From a virus, in the UHGV virus genome UHGV-0211239: a DNA stretch of 41,840 bases. One strand, written 5' to 3'. The notes under the pieces were generated by a model. That model saw only the letters and a list, made by a program, of their open reading frames with translations. It was not told the origin of the DNA and did no database searches. Positions 30,907 through 41,652 of this stretch are shown piece by piece (the first letter of the stretch is position 1; every line of letters starts with the position of its first letter). A program made the translations under genes and the position numbers.

Positions 30907-31805
30907 GCAATATCGTTGAATTCGTTAAACAGCAAGAGCAGTTATTCTGCGGAGCATTGACTGAACAGACGGTGACATGGGCTAAGGAAAGCCAGTTTGC
31001 AATTCAGTATTTCCAGAAAAACGATTACCTTGCTAAAACGGCACTGGCAAATCCAACCAGCGCACAGAACGCCATCATCAATGTTGCGGCGATCGGTATC
31101 ACCTTAAACCCGGCTAGCAAACTGGCTTATCTGGTTCCGCGCGACGGCATGGTTTGCCTTGATATCAGCTATATGGGATTACTTCATCTTGCGCAATCGA
31201 CAGGCTCAATTAAGTGGGGGCAATGCAAACTGGTGTACTCAAACGACACCTATGAATCAAATGGCCTTGATTCAGCACCAACTCACAAATACAACGCATT
31301 TGGAGAGCGAGGCTCTATTGTTGGTGGTTATTGCACGGTAAAAACAGCAGATGGTGACTACCTGACTGAAGAAATGAGTCTGGCAGAAATTAAAGCAGTG
31401 GAAGCAACGAGCAAGGCAAAGAATGGACCGTGGAAAACATTCTGGGAAGAGATGGCGCGTAAAACAATAGTTAAACGCGCCAGCAAATACTGGCCTAAAG
31501 CCCAGCGACTGGATAATGCCATTCACCTGCTTAACGAAGATGAAGGTATGCATCAGGAACCAGTTATGCCGCACAAATCAGAGGAAGATATCCGCGAAGA
31601 TGAACGGAAACGCCAGCAGGAAATAATGGATAAAGCACAACTTCTTTGCGATGAAATGGCTCAGGCAGAAAACATGGATGATTTGAAGCGATATTTTGCA
31701 GAAGCATATCGCCTGACATCTGGAATGAAATTGCAGCAGAACGTACAAGCCATTTACATAGAATGCAAAGCGAAACTGGAGGTTGCCAGTGAGCAAACTG
31801 TATGA
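30903..31805 (+). CDS. recT: RecT-family single-strand annealing recombinase
   Basis: 300 aa; NGPWKTFWEEMARKTIVKRASKYWP resembles RecT signature region as recalled. Confidence 0.8.
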   Translation: MSNIVEFVKQQEQLFCGALTEQTVTWAKESQFAIQYFQKNDYLAKTALANPTSAQNAIINVAAIGITLNPASKLAYLVPRDGMVCLDISYMGLLHLAQSTGSIKWGQCKLVYSNDTYESNGLDSAPTHKYNAFGERGSIVGGYCTVKTADGDYLTEEMSLAEIKAVEATSKAKNGPWKTFWEEMARKTIVKRASKYWPKAQRLDNAIHLLNEDEGMHQEPVMPHKSEEDIREDERKRQQEIMDKAQLLCDEMAQAENMDDLKRYFAEAYRLTSGMKLQQNVQAIYIECKAKLEVASEQTV

Positions 31806-32271
31806 AATAGCCAATGAATACGCAAAGCTGATGGATTCAGATTTAGAGCCAGAGATGATTGCTGACACAATAGAAGGCATGGAAGGAGAATTTACCGATA
31901 AAATAGAGCAACTTCTTGCCATTATTAAAAATGAATCTGGTTATGCTGAACGCCTCAAGGAAGAGGCAAAGTCACTGAATGAGCGAGCCGCAGTAATTCA
32001 AAATAAGATTGAGAGCATCAAATCATATATAGCGTCATCGCTTGAAATGGTTGGCAAGAAAAAGATTCGAGCAGGTATTCACCAGGTAACAATCCGCAAA
32101 CCGTCAGAAACTGTAGAAATCATCGACTCAAGCGCCCTTCCTCCTGAATACGTTGAGTTTGAAACGACAATTAAAGCCGACAAACTGGCAATCAAACACC
32201 AACTAAAAGCAGGAATAAATATCCCCGGCGCTCAACTCAAAGTTGGGAAACCTTCACTTCTTATCAAATAA
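31789..32271 (+). CDS. Hypothetical protein (Gp157-like partner often seen with phage recombinases)
   Basis: GTG start at 31789 with SD ctggagg; coiled-coil-rich; family assignment from memory, unverified. Confidence 0.45.
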   Translation: MSKLYEIANEYAKLMDSDLEPEMIADTIEGMEGEFTDKIEQLLAIIKNESGYAERLKEEAKSLNERAAVIQNKIESIKSYIASSLEMVGKKKIRAGIHQVTIRKPSETVEIIDSSALPPEYVEFETTIKADKLAIKHQLKAGINIPGAQLKVGKPSLLIK

Positions 32272-32282
32272 CGGTATCGACT

Positions 32283-32597
32283 ATGAAAAAGACTCCATGG
32301 GAGAAATGGGAAGTCGATTTCTTGCGCGAGGTAGCGGCGACAATGCCAGTTGAAGTTATCGCTGAAAAACTGGAAAGGACTGAAAAAGCAGTAATGGCGA
32401 AAGCAACAAGGATTGGCGCTGACATTGTTAGCCGACTTCGTGGAAGACGATGGACAAGAGCCGAAGTATCACTTTTCGGTAAGTTCTCCGCAGAAGAAAT
32501 AGCAATTGCAACCTGCCGCTCAATTTATTCAGTAAGAGCTATGCGATACAAGCTAAAAAAACTCGATGAAGAAAGAGCAGGCATACGAATAAATTAA
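32283..32597 (+). CDS. Hypothetical early protein
   Basis: 104-aa ORF with ATG start. Confidence 0.5.
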   Translation: MKKTPWEKWEVDFLREVAATMPVEVIAEKLERTEKAVMAKATRIGADIVSRLRGRRWTRAEVSLFGKFSAEEIAIATCRSIYSVRAMRYKLKKLDEERAGIRIN

Positions 32598-32613
32598 CAT
32601 GGAGTAATTAACA

Positions 32614-32895
32614 ATGAAGCTAAACATCGACCTTGGAAAATACGTTATTACCGGAACCAAACACGACCTGATTCTTAGTGAAAGAGGAATTATCAAAGAA
32701 GGCGAGAATGCAGGGAAAGAAACACTAAGTCGTATCGGTTATTACAGCAAGTTTGAGCATCTGGTTAAAGAGTTATGCAACCGTGAAATCCTGTTATCTC
32801 AGGCGCAGACACTACAGGATATTCAGCAGCATATCGAGACTTTAGGTGTATCACTTAGCACGGCTGTTGACCAGTTCGCGGAGAGTAAATCATGA
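32614..32895 (+). CDS. Hypothetical early protein
   Basis: 93-aa ORF with ATG start. Confidence 0.5.
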   Translation: MKLNIDLGKYVITGTKHDLILSERGIIKEGENAGKETLSRIGYYSKFEHLVKELCNREILLSQAQTLQDIQQHIETLGVSLSTAVDQFAESKS

Positions 32896-33055
32896 GAGGA
32901 CTTGCATACAATCCCGGCATTCTTCCGGCAGAAATGATTATTCGCCAACGCGTAAAGCCAATGCCATCGAGAGAGGAATTGCTCAAGAGAAATTCTTTTC
33001 CATCAGTAAATCAAAACAAATATCTGAATGCGATGTTGCGCAAAGGAGGTAACCA

Positions 33056-33541
33056 GTGACTGGACATGCAGCAATCCTCGACATGTGCTGTGGCAGTCGC
33101 ATGTTCTGGTTCGATAAGAAGGACGTCCGGGCGATATTTAGCGATATCAGAAAGGAAGAGCACACATTGTGTGATGGACGACGGCTGATAATTAGCCCTG
33201 ACCTGATAGCAGATTTTCGTGCATTACCATTTGCAGACGCATCGTTTCCGGTTGTTGTATTCGACCCTCCGCATCTTGAGCGTGTTGGTGATAACGCCTG
33301 GATGGGAAAGAAATATGGACGGCTGAATAAAGATACCTGGCGTGATGATTTGCGGCAGGGATTTAAAGAAGCCTTTCGTGTGTTGCGGCCATACGGCGTT
33401 CTGATTTTTAAATGGAATGAAACGCAAATACCTGTTCGCCAGATATTGGCACTGACCGACAGAAAGCCTGTTATCGGTCAACGAACAGGAAAAGGTGACA
33501 AGACCCACTGGATTATTTTTATGAAGGAGGGCAACCAGTGA
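33056..33541 (+). CDS. Putative SAM-dependent DNA methyltransferase (small phage MTase)
   Basis: 161 aa, GTG start with SD aaggagg; motif I-like ILDMCCGS and motif IV-like VVFDPPH. Confidence 0.4.
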   Translation: MTGHAAILDMCCGSRMFWFDKKDVRAIFSDIRKEEHTLCDGRRLIISPDLIADFRALPFADASFPVVVFDPPHLERVGDNAWMGKKYGRLNKDTWRDDLRQGFKEAFRVLRPYGVLIFKWNETQIPVRQILALTDRKPVIGQRTGKGDKTHWIIFMKEGNQ

Positions 33542-34314
33542 ACAAGATTGACTATCAGGTACTGCGTGAAAAAGCAGAGAAAGCAACGTGTGGTGAGTGG
33601 TCGCTCGAATATGGAGAGAGCCGATTTGATTGTGATGATGCGCTAATTCATCGTGACGTTGTTGGATATCTTCCCATTTGCAGAATTGAAGGAGCGCATC
33701 CTGAAAGCGGTTTCGATGAAGATTTCCAAATGGAACAGCAGGCCAATGCTGAATTCATCGCTGCAGCCAATCCGGCTACCGTGCTGGCACTGCTGGATGA
33801 ACGGGAAAGAAACCAGCAATACATCAAAAACCGTGATCAGGAGAACGAGGATATTGCGCTAACGGTAGGGAAGCTGCGTGTTGAGCTGGAAGCCGCAGAG
33901 AACAACCTTATTGATAGTGAGTGCCATGTTGCTGAACTGGAAGAAGCGCTACGCGATAAGCAGGCGTTACTTGAAGCATCAGAGAAGCGCATAGCAGAAC
34001 TGGAAGCCGAACCTGTAAGCCAGGCTTACAAGTTGAACGCGCTGGATGGCAACTCTCCGGTAACTCCGGATGGTTGGGTTATAGTGCCGAAGAAACTAAC
34101 CGCTGAGAACGGCGCTAAGGGTGTGCTATCCGGTGAATTTTCAGAAACTACGTTTATAAGCTGCCCGGAATGCTTTGGTGATGATGATTGCGAAACTTGT
34201 GACGGCAGCGGGAGAATCGAAATCAAGGTTCCAGTCAGTTGGACAACTATCAAAACTATTTGGGCTAAAGGGTGTGAGTACTTTTCAATAGTAGCACCGC
34301 AGCAAGATGGGTGA
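33538..34314 (+). CDS. Ead/Ea22-like early protein
   Basis: 258 aa, GTG start with SD gaaggagg; central coiled coil; Cys-rich C-terminal CPECFGDDDCETCDGSG; family assigned from memory. Confidence 0.55.
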   Translation: MNKIDYQVLREKAEKATCGEWSLEYGESRFDCDDALIHRDVVGYLPICRIEGAHPESGFDEDFQMEQQANAEFIAAANPATVLALLDERERNQQYIKNRDQENEDIALTVGKLRVELEAAENNLIDSECHVAELEEALRDKQALLEASEKRIAELEAEPVSQAYKLNALDGNSPVTPDGWVIVPKKLTAENGAKGVLSGEFSETTFISCPECFGDDDCETCDGSGRIEIKVPVSWTTIKTIWAKGCEYFSIVAPQQDG

Positions 34315-34440
34315 TGAAAACAAGTATTTATAACTTAAAAGCATTAAAAAATCGCTTATAGATCAAAAGAAATCTACGTCAAATATTACTATATTTCAAT
34401 GTGTTATAATTACCCCGTACATAAAATGGGGGGACACAAA

Positions 34441-34683
34441 ATGTTCAAACGCTGCATCACCAAGTGTGGAAGCACACCTGACATCCAAGCTTTTATTAAT
34501 GAAGATGGTAAGCTTGTTGTTGAGAGGAGTGGTCCTTTTATTAGCAAACAACTTATCATTACCTCTCCAGCGGAGATGGCCGGGGAATGGATAGTTTCTG
34601 AACCAGAGGAGTTGCACATCCCGCTTCCTTATGGCCCTCAGGGACTGATTTATAACCGTTATGTTCAGAAGGAGGCGGGTTGA
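34441..34683 (+). CDS. Hypothetical protein
   Basis: Start re-set to ATG with SD gggggga (MFKRCITKCG...); 80 aa. Confidence 0.4.
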   Translation: MFKRCITKCGSTPDIQAFINEDGKLVVERSGPFISKQLIITSPAEMAGEWIVSEPEELHIPLPYGPQGLIYNRYVQKEAG

Positions 34684-34963
34684 CAATGTCAGGCATAACA
34701 TCGCCGAGAAATCGAAAGAAAAACAGAACAAGGTAAACGTTGACCTTGCAGCATCAGGCATGGAGTACAGAGAGCGCCTTAACATACCTGTTATCACTGA
34801 GCAGGTATCATGAGAGCAACCTGAGCACTCACGCGAGTATTTCATGGAGCGCATCAGATACTATCGCGAGCAGTCGTTAAACATGCCCAAGGGAAGCAAC
34901 CCATGGTATATCGATATGGATGAACAGAACGCCAAGAAGTAAACGCAATTTGAACGAATGCGA

Positions 34964-35018
34964 ACCCGCCGAGTGCGGGTTTTCTTTTATCTGAACTCGC
35001 TACGGCGAGTTTTGTTTT
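34964..35018 (+). terminator. Two tandem intrinsic terminators
   Basis: acccgc-cgagt-gcgggt + tttctttt, then actcgc-tacg-gcgagt + tttgtttt. Confidence 0.65.
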
Positions 35019-35031
35019 ATGGAGACAAGAA

Positions 35032-35376
35032 ATGTCAGATTTGGCTATGAAGGTTTTGAAATGGCAATCGACTGGCGATGTCGGCATCAGTAGCGCAACT
35101 CTTGCCTCAATCGCATGTGGACTGAAAAAGAATATCTATGGTCATCACTTCGGCGCTCCCCATGACGCAGCAGACTTTAGGCGATGCGTTGCACTTGTTG
35201 AGCAGATTCCAGAAATCAGAGATTCATTCGACAAGGTTGCAAAGCGCGTTCCGGCATTCAAAGGAATCCTCAACGAATGGGATTCACTCGTTGCTCTGTT
35301 GAAGTCTGAAATGAAGATACACGGAAACAAAGCACCAGAGACTTACAGAAGAATCAGCGAGCTACGCAAGGACTAA
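35032..35376 (+). CDS. Hypothetical protein upstream of xis
   Basis: 114-aa ORF with ATG start. Confidence 0.5.
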   Translation: MSDLAMKVLKWQSTGDVGISSATLASIACGLKKNIYGHHFGAPHDAADFRRCVALVEQIPEIRDSFDKVAKRVPAFKGILNEWDSLVALLKSEMKIHGNKAPETYRRISELRKD

Positions 35377-35476
35377 CCATGAAATAACACCGCCTCACAC
35401 TCGGTGAGGCCTGTTCATTGCTCAATGATATCCAGACCTACCGCAATAATACCAATTCAATAAATGGAGATTCCAA

Positions 35477-35824
35477 GTGGAAGAAGAAATCTTCACTCGT
35501 GAAGAAGCTGCGTCGTATCTGAAGGTAGACAAAGGCACTATCACGCAGTGGATACGAAGTGGACGACTTCAGGCCGCAAAGATAAATCCAGATAAACCTA
35601 AAAGCCCATATCGCATTTGCAAGTCAGACTGCATTGCGGCGCTTAAGTCTGTGAGACACAATAGCGCGGTGAATGCGGTTGATGTGCAGGAGGTTAAAGC
35701 ATGTCAATCAAACTACGCGGTGGCACGTGGCACTGCGATTTCGTCGCGCCAGATGGATCAAGAGTTAGACGCTCTCTTGAAACATCGGACAAAAGGCAAG
35801 CGCAAGAACTTCACGATCGTCTGA
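35477..35824 (+). CDS. xis: Excisionase (MerR-like HTH)
   Basis: TREEAASYLKVDKGTITQWIRSGRL HTH near N-terminus; immediately upstream of and overlapping int. Confidence 0.65.
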   Translation: MEEEIFTREEAASYLKVDKGTITQWIRSGRLQAAKINPDKPKSPYRICKSDCIAALKSVRHNSAVNAVDVQEVKACQSNYAVARGTAISSRQMDQELDALLKHRTKGKRKNFTIV

Positions 35825-36861
35825 AAGCAGAAGCGTGGAGAGTAAAAAATCTCGGGGAATCGCCGAAAAAGCTATTCAAGGAAGCCTGCATACGGTGGCT
35901 GCGTGAGAAATCGGATAAGAAGTCCATTGATGATGACAAGAGCATTATATCGTTCTGGATGTTGCACTTCAGAGAAACCATTCTCTCTGACATAACAGCA
36001 GAAAAAATAATGGAGGCGGTAGACGGGATGGAAAACCGCCGCCATCGCCTGAACTGGGAGATGAGCCGGGACAGGTGTTTGCGGCTTGGCAAGCCAGTGC
36101 CGGAGTATAAACCAAAGCTGGCAAGCAAAGGAACGAAGACGAGGCATCTGGCAATACTTCGCGCCATTCTCAATATGGCTGTTGAATGGGGATGGATTGA
36201 CAGGGCGCCAAAAATATCAACACCACGCGTTAAGAATGGACGCATTAGATGGCTTACAGAAGAAGAATCAAAGCGCCTGTTTGCAGAAATAGCTCCTCAT
36301 TTCTTCCCTGTTGTCATGTTTGCAATCACGACAGGCCTTCGCCGCTCCAACGTTACAGACCTTGAGTGGTCACAGGTCGATCTGGATAAGAAAATGGCAT
36401 GGATGCACCCTGATGAAACAAAAGCTGGCAATGCGATCGGAGTTCCTCTTAACGAAACCGCATGCCAGATATTAAGAAAACAGCAGGGTCTCCATAAGAG
36501 ATGGGTATTTGTCCACACCAAACCTGCCTACCGAAGCGACGGAACAAAAACAGCAGCGGTAAGGAAGATGAGAACCGACAGCAACAAGGCATGGAAGGGA
36601 GCGTTAAAGCGGGCAGGCATTAGCAACTTCCGATTCCATGACTTGAGGCATACTTGGGCAAGCTGGCTGGTTCAGTCCGGTGTCTCTCTTCTTGCACTTA
36701 AAGAGATGGGAGGATGGGAAACTCTCGAAATGGTTCAAAGATACGCTCACCTTTCAGCCGGGCATCTCACCGAGCACGCGAGCAAAATCGATGCGATTAT
36801 AAGTCGCAATGGCACAAATACGGCACAAGAGGAGAACGTGGTTTACTTAAATGTGAGGTAA
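35701..36861 (+). CDS. int: Tyrosine integrase (P22 Int-like)
   Basis: 386 aa; catalytic-domain motifs (HDLRHTWASWLVQSGV, MGGWETLEMVQRYAHL); attP adjacent. Confidence 0.9.
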   Translation: MSIKLRGGTWHCDFVAPDGSRVRRSLETSDKRQAQELHDRLKAEAWRVKNLGESPKKLFKEACIRWLREKSDKKSIDDDKSIISFWMLHFRETILSDITAEKIMEAVDGMENRRHRLNWEMSRDRCLRLGKPVPEYKPKLASKGTKTRHLAILRAILNMAVEWGWIDRAPKISTPRVKNGRIRWLTEEESKRLFAEIAPHFFPVVMFAITTGLRRSNVTDLEWSQVDLDKKMAWMHPDETKAGNAIGVPLNETACQILRKQQGLHKRWVFVHTKPAYRSDGTKTAAVRKMRTDSNKAWKGALKRAGISNFRFHDLRHTWASWLVQSGVSLLALKEMGGWETLEMVQRYAHLSAGHLTEHASKIDAIISRNGTNTAQEENVVYLNVR

Positions 36862-36876
36862 CTTATTGATTTAAAT

Positions 36877-36921
36877 GGTGCCGATAAGAGGAGTCGAACC
36901 TCCGACCTTCGCATTACGAAT
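36877..36921. other. attP core: 3' half of a tRNA-Thr gene (thrW-type)
   Basis: Reverse complement reads AUUCGUAAUGCGAAGGUCGGAGGUUCGACUCCUCUUAUCGGCACCA (anticodon loop, T arm, acceptor, CCA); 16 bp after int stop. Confidence 0.7.
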
Positions 36922-37250
36922 CTGTAGAACCAATCATAACTATCTGTTTTAGCAAGCATTAACCGCATTCACCAAGCAATAGTTGATGGCACAAACAGAA
37001 AGTTGATGCATGATGTTGTCATGTGTATGTCACAAATACGGCACAACGATCTTCAAACATGTAGCCACCCAGCATAGAAGAGCACAAAGCCTTGCAATCC
37101 AGTGCAAAGCTTTGTGTACCTTAGTTTTGTCTCATAGGTAATTCTGCTTTAACTGCGATGCAGGAATCTGTCACCAGACGCACGTCTCGTTGTCTTATGG
37201 TTTTCCGTTCATGATTAATATGTTAGCTTGTCAAAGTTTGTGTTTAAGAT

Positions 37251-37922
37251 ATGGTGATTGATGCAATGTTAAGCGTTCAGATGACTCCACAAGCAAAAGT
37301 TAGCTTCGAGGAGCAATGTTTTTTTCATGCTTCAGGTCTTGTTGTTGCCCCAATAAATGTTGGAGCATTCTCCTACTTTGGCGCTAATTGTATGCTCGGC
37401 GGCTTTACGATGGGTAGATTTTGTTCAGTTGCTCCAGGAGTAAAAATTGGCCTTGGCGAGCATGAAACTGGGTATTTTTCTACGCATCCTTTTTTCTTTG
37501 GCTCAAAAAATGGTTTTAAAATCCCTGATGGTATAGGAATGCAACGCGACCTCTCTCAACAGAAGCATGGTATACCAAGAATTGGTCATGACGTATGGAT
37601 AGGTGCAAATGCGGTTATCAGGCGAGGTATAACTATTGGTACTGGCGCTGTTATTGCTGCTGGCGCTATTGTCACCAAAAATGTCGAGCCATATTCAATC
37701 GTAGGTGGCGTTTCTGCAAAACACCTAGGGTACAGATTTGAGGAATCAATCATCAAAGAGTTACTGGATAGCCAATGGTGGGAATATGATTTAAGCTCAT
37801 TTATTGGGATTGATACAAGGACACCGACGACTTTTTTAGAGCAGTTTAATGCTGTAAAAGATAAAAAGAAGGCATCTTATAAGAGATTTACAATTCTTCC
37901 ATCCGGTGAAATTGTTGAATAG
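37251..37922 (+). CDS. Hexapeptide-repeat (left-handed beta-helix) acetyltransferase; candidate surface-polysaccharide O-acetylase
   Basis: 223 aa; repeats [31 protein letters not shown]; AT-rich; convergent with tailspike at the P22 seroconversion locus. Confidence 0.75.
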   Translation: MVIDAMLSVQMTPQAKVSFEEQCFFHASGLVVAPINVGAFSYFGANCMLGGFTMGRFCSVAPGVKIGLGEHETGYFSTHPFFFGSKNGFKIPDGIGMQRDLSQQKHGIPRIGHDVWIGANAVIRRGITIGTGAVIAAGAIVTKNVEPYSIVGGVSAKHLGYRFEESIIKELLDSQWWEYDLSSFIGIDTRTPTTFLEQFNAVKDKKKASYKRFTILPSGEIVE

Positions 37923-37941
37923 CGCATCCCTGCGCTATATT

Positions 37942-40308
37942 TTAAATAAACATAAGAATAAACATCAGAAGTTCCTCGTATCTGATACCATACTGATAAC
38001 CAGCAGGTTTAATAATAACCTGCCTTCCTGTGTAATATTCCTCGTCGTACCACTCTCCTGTTTCATTGTTTTTAACACTCCTAATTAATACCTCTGGAGC
38101 ATAAATATCATCCCATTCATCATAACACCAGAACGCATAGTTATTAGGGTCAAGACCGTATTTTCTGAGAATATTACCTACAGTTTGTGCACCAACACCG
38201 AAATGAATCCGAGCGCCATCACTCTTGATCTTTACTGCATCTTTAAATTTAAACCTCCAGATATTTTTCTTTATTTCAAGCGCAGCAAGACGCTCTGATT
38301 CTGTTGTTTTCTCGTCAGCCTCAATACGCAATTTCAGCTCTTCATTCGACGTGTTGATACTGCCAGTACCAGCGTATACCTGTGACCATCGAAATGCTGA
38401 TGTTCCGTTTGAGTTAACATTATCAACAGTTGGTTTTATAAGGCCAGAAAAATGAGTTTCAGGTGATGTATGAAGAAGATATCCGCCAGAATCGTTTTTT
38501 GTGCGTAATTCTATAGAGTCTACAATTATTCCACTGCGACGAATAATGATAGCGTTATTACCTTGTGCACCATTGTCTTTCTGAGTGGATAGTGTGTATC
38601 CGGTACGAGTATCTATCCTCCATCTTTTGGTATCTTCTGATGCTTCCTGATTATAAAGATAAATAGAGTTATCAGTGTAATTATTTTTGCCATCAATATT
38701 TGTAAGTGTAAATTTGTTATTTACTTTGTCATCATTGACCATGAAATTGGCAAGAGTGTAGAGAGGAGATGCAGTATACTGGCTGCAATTAAAACCACGT
38801 GCGTTTTGTATGTTAAGTAATGTTGTGACATTAGCATTAATGCTAATATTGGAAAAGTTTGTCGCCTGATTTGCTCCATGTATTGATGATGTTACTCCTA
38901 TCTGAGCTCCAATATCCAATGTACCAAAACTTACATTAATGAAGTTGTTTGCATCGCCACCATCTATAATTATTCCTTTTTTAGTCGTCGTATAACCTGA
39001 TGCACTGCTAATCTCCAATCCATTAATGGTGCACACTCTTGGTCTGATGAGTCTAATTCCTACCCATTCATTTCCGTGGTCATATCCTCCTCCTGCTCTA
39101 TGTATGGCTAGTCCATTAGCAATCAAAAGAAATCTGTTATCAAGATTAATAGGGTGAAGCTGGCTATTAATGATAACGTTTGTCCATATAGACTCACCAT
39201 ACGCATAGCGATTTGATTCGAACACTCTATCCTGAGCATCATAAACACCGTTTAGGGATCTAGCAACATCGACATTGGTAAGATTGAAATATGTCTTCTG
39301 CTTAATTTCAAAAAAATTGGCAACGTTATGCGTTGTGATATCACTCACACGCATGGATAAAATACCTTCTTCTGGAGCGGTGCGAATGAATCCATCAAGG
39401 AACTGTTCATTATAACTTTTGGCTATCTGATAACATCCAACAGCATCAATGCGTTCGATTGTGAACTGCCAACTATCACCACAGTTAAAAGACCATTCCC
39501 AACCGTACTTCTGTGCGAATTCATCAGAATCAATATTTGCAGTCTCAGAACAGAAAGATAAAAATCTAAATGTTGGTTTTGGCCTTAGATGATTAAGCCC
39601 GACACCTCTTGGGGTATATATGGCATTAGCTCCATTCCCGCCTTTGCTTTTAATTGTAAGGTGACTTAAACCAAATTCAACATCATGCTTAGTTGGTGCA
39701 GCGAAAACAAATCCATCTTTTGGTGATGTGGTATTATCAAACACAATAACTGTTTTACCCTGTCCATCGCCACACATATTCACTGGTGGTATATTAACTG
39801 GTCCAATTAAATTATATGTTCCAGTTGGAATATATAACTTTCCACCATCTCCAAGAGCATTTGCTGCTGCAATAAATGCCACCGTATCATCGTTAACACC
39901 GTCACCTTTCGCCCCATAATGCTGTGGCGTAATTAACAGCATACGGTCAGAAAAAATCTCTTCCCTAAGTTGATCAGGATCGTATTTTAATACATTTGGA
40001 AAATAAAACTGCTGAGTGCCATATGCATCATATACAGCCATAGAATGGCCTTGCACAGTTACGAATTTGGCAATCTGCCCGTTATATACCGGATATCCAG
40101 CAGCGTTAATGATGATTGGTTGCGAAACAGGAACATGAGAGCCGTCTTCGTTCTCTACATAAACCTGAATCTGGTTTTCAGGATTTACCGGGTCAGTATC
40201 AATTTTACCGATATAAATTTTGCCATTGGCTACGGATTTAAAAGAACGCGCCATAGTGAAGAGTTGCGAAGGCATACTCACTACAACATTGGCTGTAATG
40301 TCTGTCAT
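37942..40308 (-). CDS. Tailspike: P22-type head-binding N-domain, pectate-lyase-like beta-helix, C-terminal intramolecular chaperone (S74-like)
   Basis: 788 aa; N-terminal about 110 aa matches P22 gp9 ([11 protein letters not shown]...VLKYDPDQ); [13 protein letters not shown] motif; C-terminal SNEELK...[10 protein letters not shown] resembles self-cleaving chaperone domains. Confidence 0.8.
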   Translation of the reverse strand: MTDITANVVVSMPSQLFTMARSFKSVANGKIYIGKIDTDPVNPENQIQVYVENEDGSHVPVSQPIIINAAGYPVYNGQIAKFVTVQGHSMAVYDAYGTQQFYFPNVLKYDPDQLREEIFSDRMLLITPQHYGAKGDGVNDDTVAFIAAANALGDGGKLYIPTGTYNLIGPVNIPPVNMCGDGQGKTVIVFDNTTSPKDGFVFAAPTKHDVEFGLSHLTIKSKGGNGANAIYTPRGVGLNHLRPKPTFRFLSFCSETANIDSDEFAQKYGWEWSFNCGDSWQFTIERIDAVGCYQIAKSYNEQFLDGFIRTAPEEGILSMRVSDITTHNVANFFEIKQKTYFNLTNVDVARSLNGVYDAQDRVFESNRYAYGESIWTNVIINSQLHPINLDNRFLLIANGLAIHRAGGGYDHGNEWVGIRLIRPRVCTINGLEISSASGYTTTKKGIIIDGGDANNFINVSFGTLDIGAQIGVTSSIHGANQATNFSNISINANVTTLLNIQNARGFNCSQYTASPLYTLANFMVNDDKVNNKFTLTNIDGKNNYTDNSIYLYNQEASEDTKRWRIDTRTGYTLSTQKDNGAQGNNAIIIRRSGIIVDSIELRTKNDSGGYLLHTSPETHFSGLIKPTVDNVNSNGTSAFRWSQVYAGTGSINTSNEELKLRIEADEKTTESERLAALEIKKNIWRFKFKDAVKIKSDGARIHFGVGAQTVGNILRKYGLDPNNYAFWCYDEWDDIYAPEVLIRSVKNNETGEWYDEEYYTGRQVIIKPAGYQYGIRYEELLMFILMFI

Positions 40309-40444
40309 TTAATTTGCTCCAGATACAATGAATCGCCGCAGCGTGGCCACGGTGAGTATTTGTTTGCTTTTTGCACTACACTTTTTGTGTAGTGCTATCT
40401 CTCAAGGCCATAGCCGCTGAGTAGCTACGGTGAATTTTGGGCAT

Positions 40445-40467
40445 AAAAAAACCCAGCCGAAGCTGGG
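40445..40467 (-). terminator. Intrinsic terminator after ant
   Basis: Minus-strand RNA cccagc-uucg-gcuggg followed by UUUUUUU. Confidence 0.65.
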
Positions 40468-40486
40468 TCGTTGAGTTGGTTATCTG

Positions 40487-41365
40487 TCAGTAGTTATGTA
40501 CTGAAGGAGGTAATTCTTTATTCTTAAGTCTCATCCATGCGGAAAGATTCGTTGGTCCGTCTGGCTCATTAATATCAACATCTCGTGTATGGTTGATTAA
40601 AACATCTCTCGCCATTCCGATAACATACGAGAACTCATGACCGTAGTCGTAGCATCTGCCGGAATAATTCGATTGAATTTGTTTTAATGCCGGATACAGT
40701 TCGCGGAATAATGCCTGTGAGCGGTTGGCATAATCCCATAACCATACAAGACTGTTTGCTTCTTTTGCAGAAAGCTCGTTGGTTTTCTTCTCTTGCTTGC
40801 CGATGAACTCACCTTCAAGCACTACCCTGTGGATGTACTCTACGGCCAGCGGGATTTGTTCAATTGAAAGTTCATCAATGCTGTCAATACCAAAACGCTG
40901 ATGAACCATATTGTATGCATCGTCATAGCGAAGTCCTTTCTTTCCTACCAGCATGTTTACTGCATCGCGTAGCGGTGTTCTTTCCTCAACAGTGGTTTTC
41001 TTTCCTTTTACATACTCGTCATGTTTGCGAATTGAAGGCAGAACTTCTGCTGTTACCCACTTGCGGAATTTGTGCGGGACTGAACCTTTATTGACTGCAT
41101 CGCGGCAGCGCAGAACCAATGTATACATACCTGATTCGCTCACAATGCTTATATTCTGCTCACCACCAAGGGTGTAACTTAAAGTTACTCCCTTTTCATC
41201 GTCATCAAGTGCAGTAAGCGCCTTGCGTGAGTTAGTCAAAGCTAAAGCATCACAAACATCTTTAGCTACAAACCACGGCTCGCCGCACTTGTTAATGACG
41301 CGAATTTCACTGTCGCCAAATTTGAAGATGGTGAAATCGTTTTGTGCCTTTGCTATACTTTTCAT
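40487..41365 (-). CDS. ant: Antirepressor (Bro-N domain)
   Basis: 292 aa; N-terminal [30 protein letters not shown] is Bro-N-like; downstream of arc. Confidence 0.7.
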   Translation of the reverse strand: MKSIAKAQNDFTIFKFGDSEIRVINKCGEPWFVAKDVCDALALTNSRKALTALDDDEKGVTLSYTLGGEQNISIVSESGMYTLVLRCRDAVNKGSVPHKFRKWVTAEVLPSIRKHDEYVKGKKTTVEERTPLRDAVNMLVGKKGLRYDDAYNMVHQRFGIDSIDELSIEQIPLAVEYIHRVVLEGEFIGKQEKKTNELSAKEANSLVWLWDYANRSQALFRELYPALKQIQSNYSGRCYDYGHEFSYVIGMARDVLINHTRDVDINEPDGPTNLSAWMRLKNKELPPSVHNY

Positions 41366-41427
41366 GTCAATATTTCCTAATCCGATTTGTTGATACCGAA
41401 GCCCTGACTGTTACCGCAGTTGGGGCT

Positions 41428-41652
41428 TCAACTTTTCACTTCTTTAAAGTGCCTACCTTCTACAGTTGCTCTGAGATAAAAATTCTTATCTTTACCGTTT
41501 AGTGCTTCCCAAGCATCAACAATGCACTTATTACAGATGTGGACTTCTCGATAACCAATAGCTTTCCTGTCAATATTAGTGAACATAACAGTTTCTTTAT
41601 CTGTCAATGTGGATGCATGACAGAAGTCGCAATCTATATAAGATACCTTCAT
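41428..41652 (-). CDS. Small CxxC...CxxC zinc-ribbon protein between arc and ant
   Basis: 74 aa; Cys at 8, 11, 40, 43; ATG overlaps arc stop; SD gagaggggat. Confidence 0.5.
   Translation of the reverse strand: MKVSYIDCDFCHASTLTDKETVMFTNIDRKAIGYREVHICNKCIVDAWEALNGKDKNFYLRATVEGRHFKEVKS

Noticed and set aside
34396-35087. Minus-strand ORFs of 152 and 77 aa in the early-left region
   Set aside because: Antisense to the operon direction, no ribosome-binding sites, and they span the tandem plus-strand terminators.
37251-37330. Possible phase-variable NeuO-type acetyltransferase (heptanucleotide repeats at 5' end)
   Set aside because: No tandem heptanucleotide repeats are present at the 5' end of the gene.
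41281-41365. Specific sigma70 promoter for the sar-like antisense RNA
   Set aside because: No -35/-10 pair with acceptable spacing could be placed by eye, so only the hairpin/U-run is reported.
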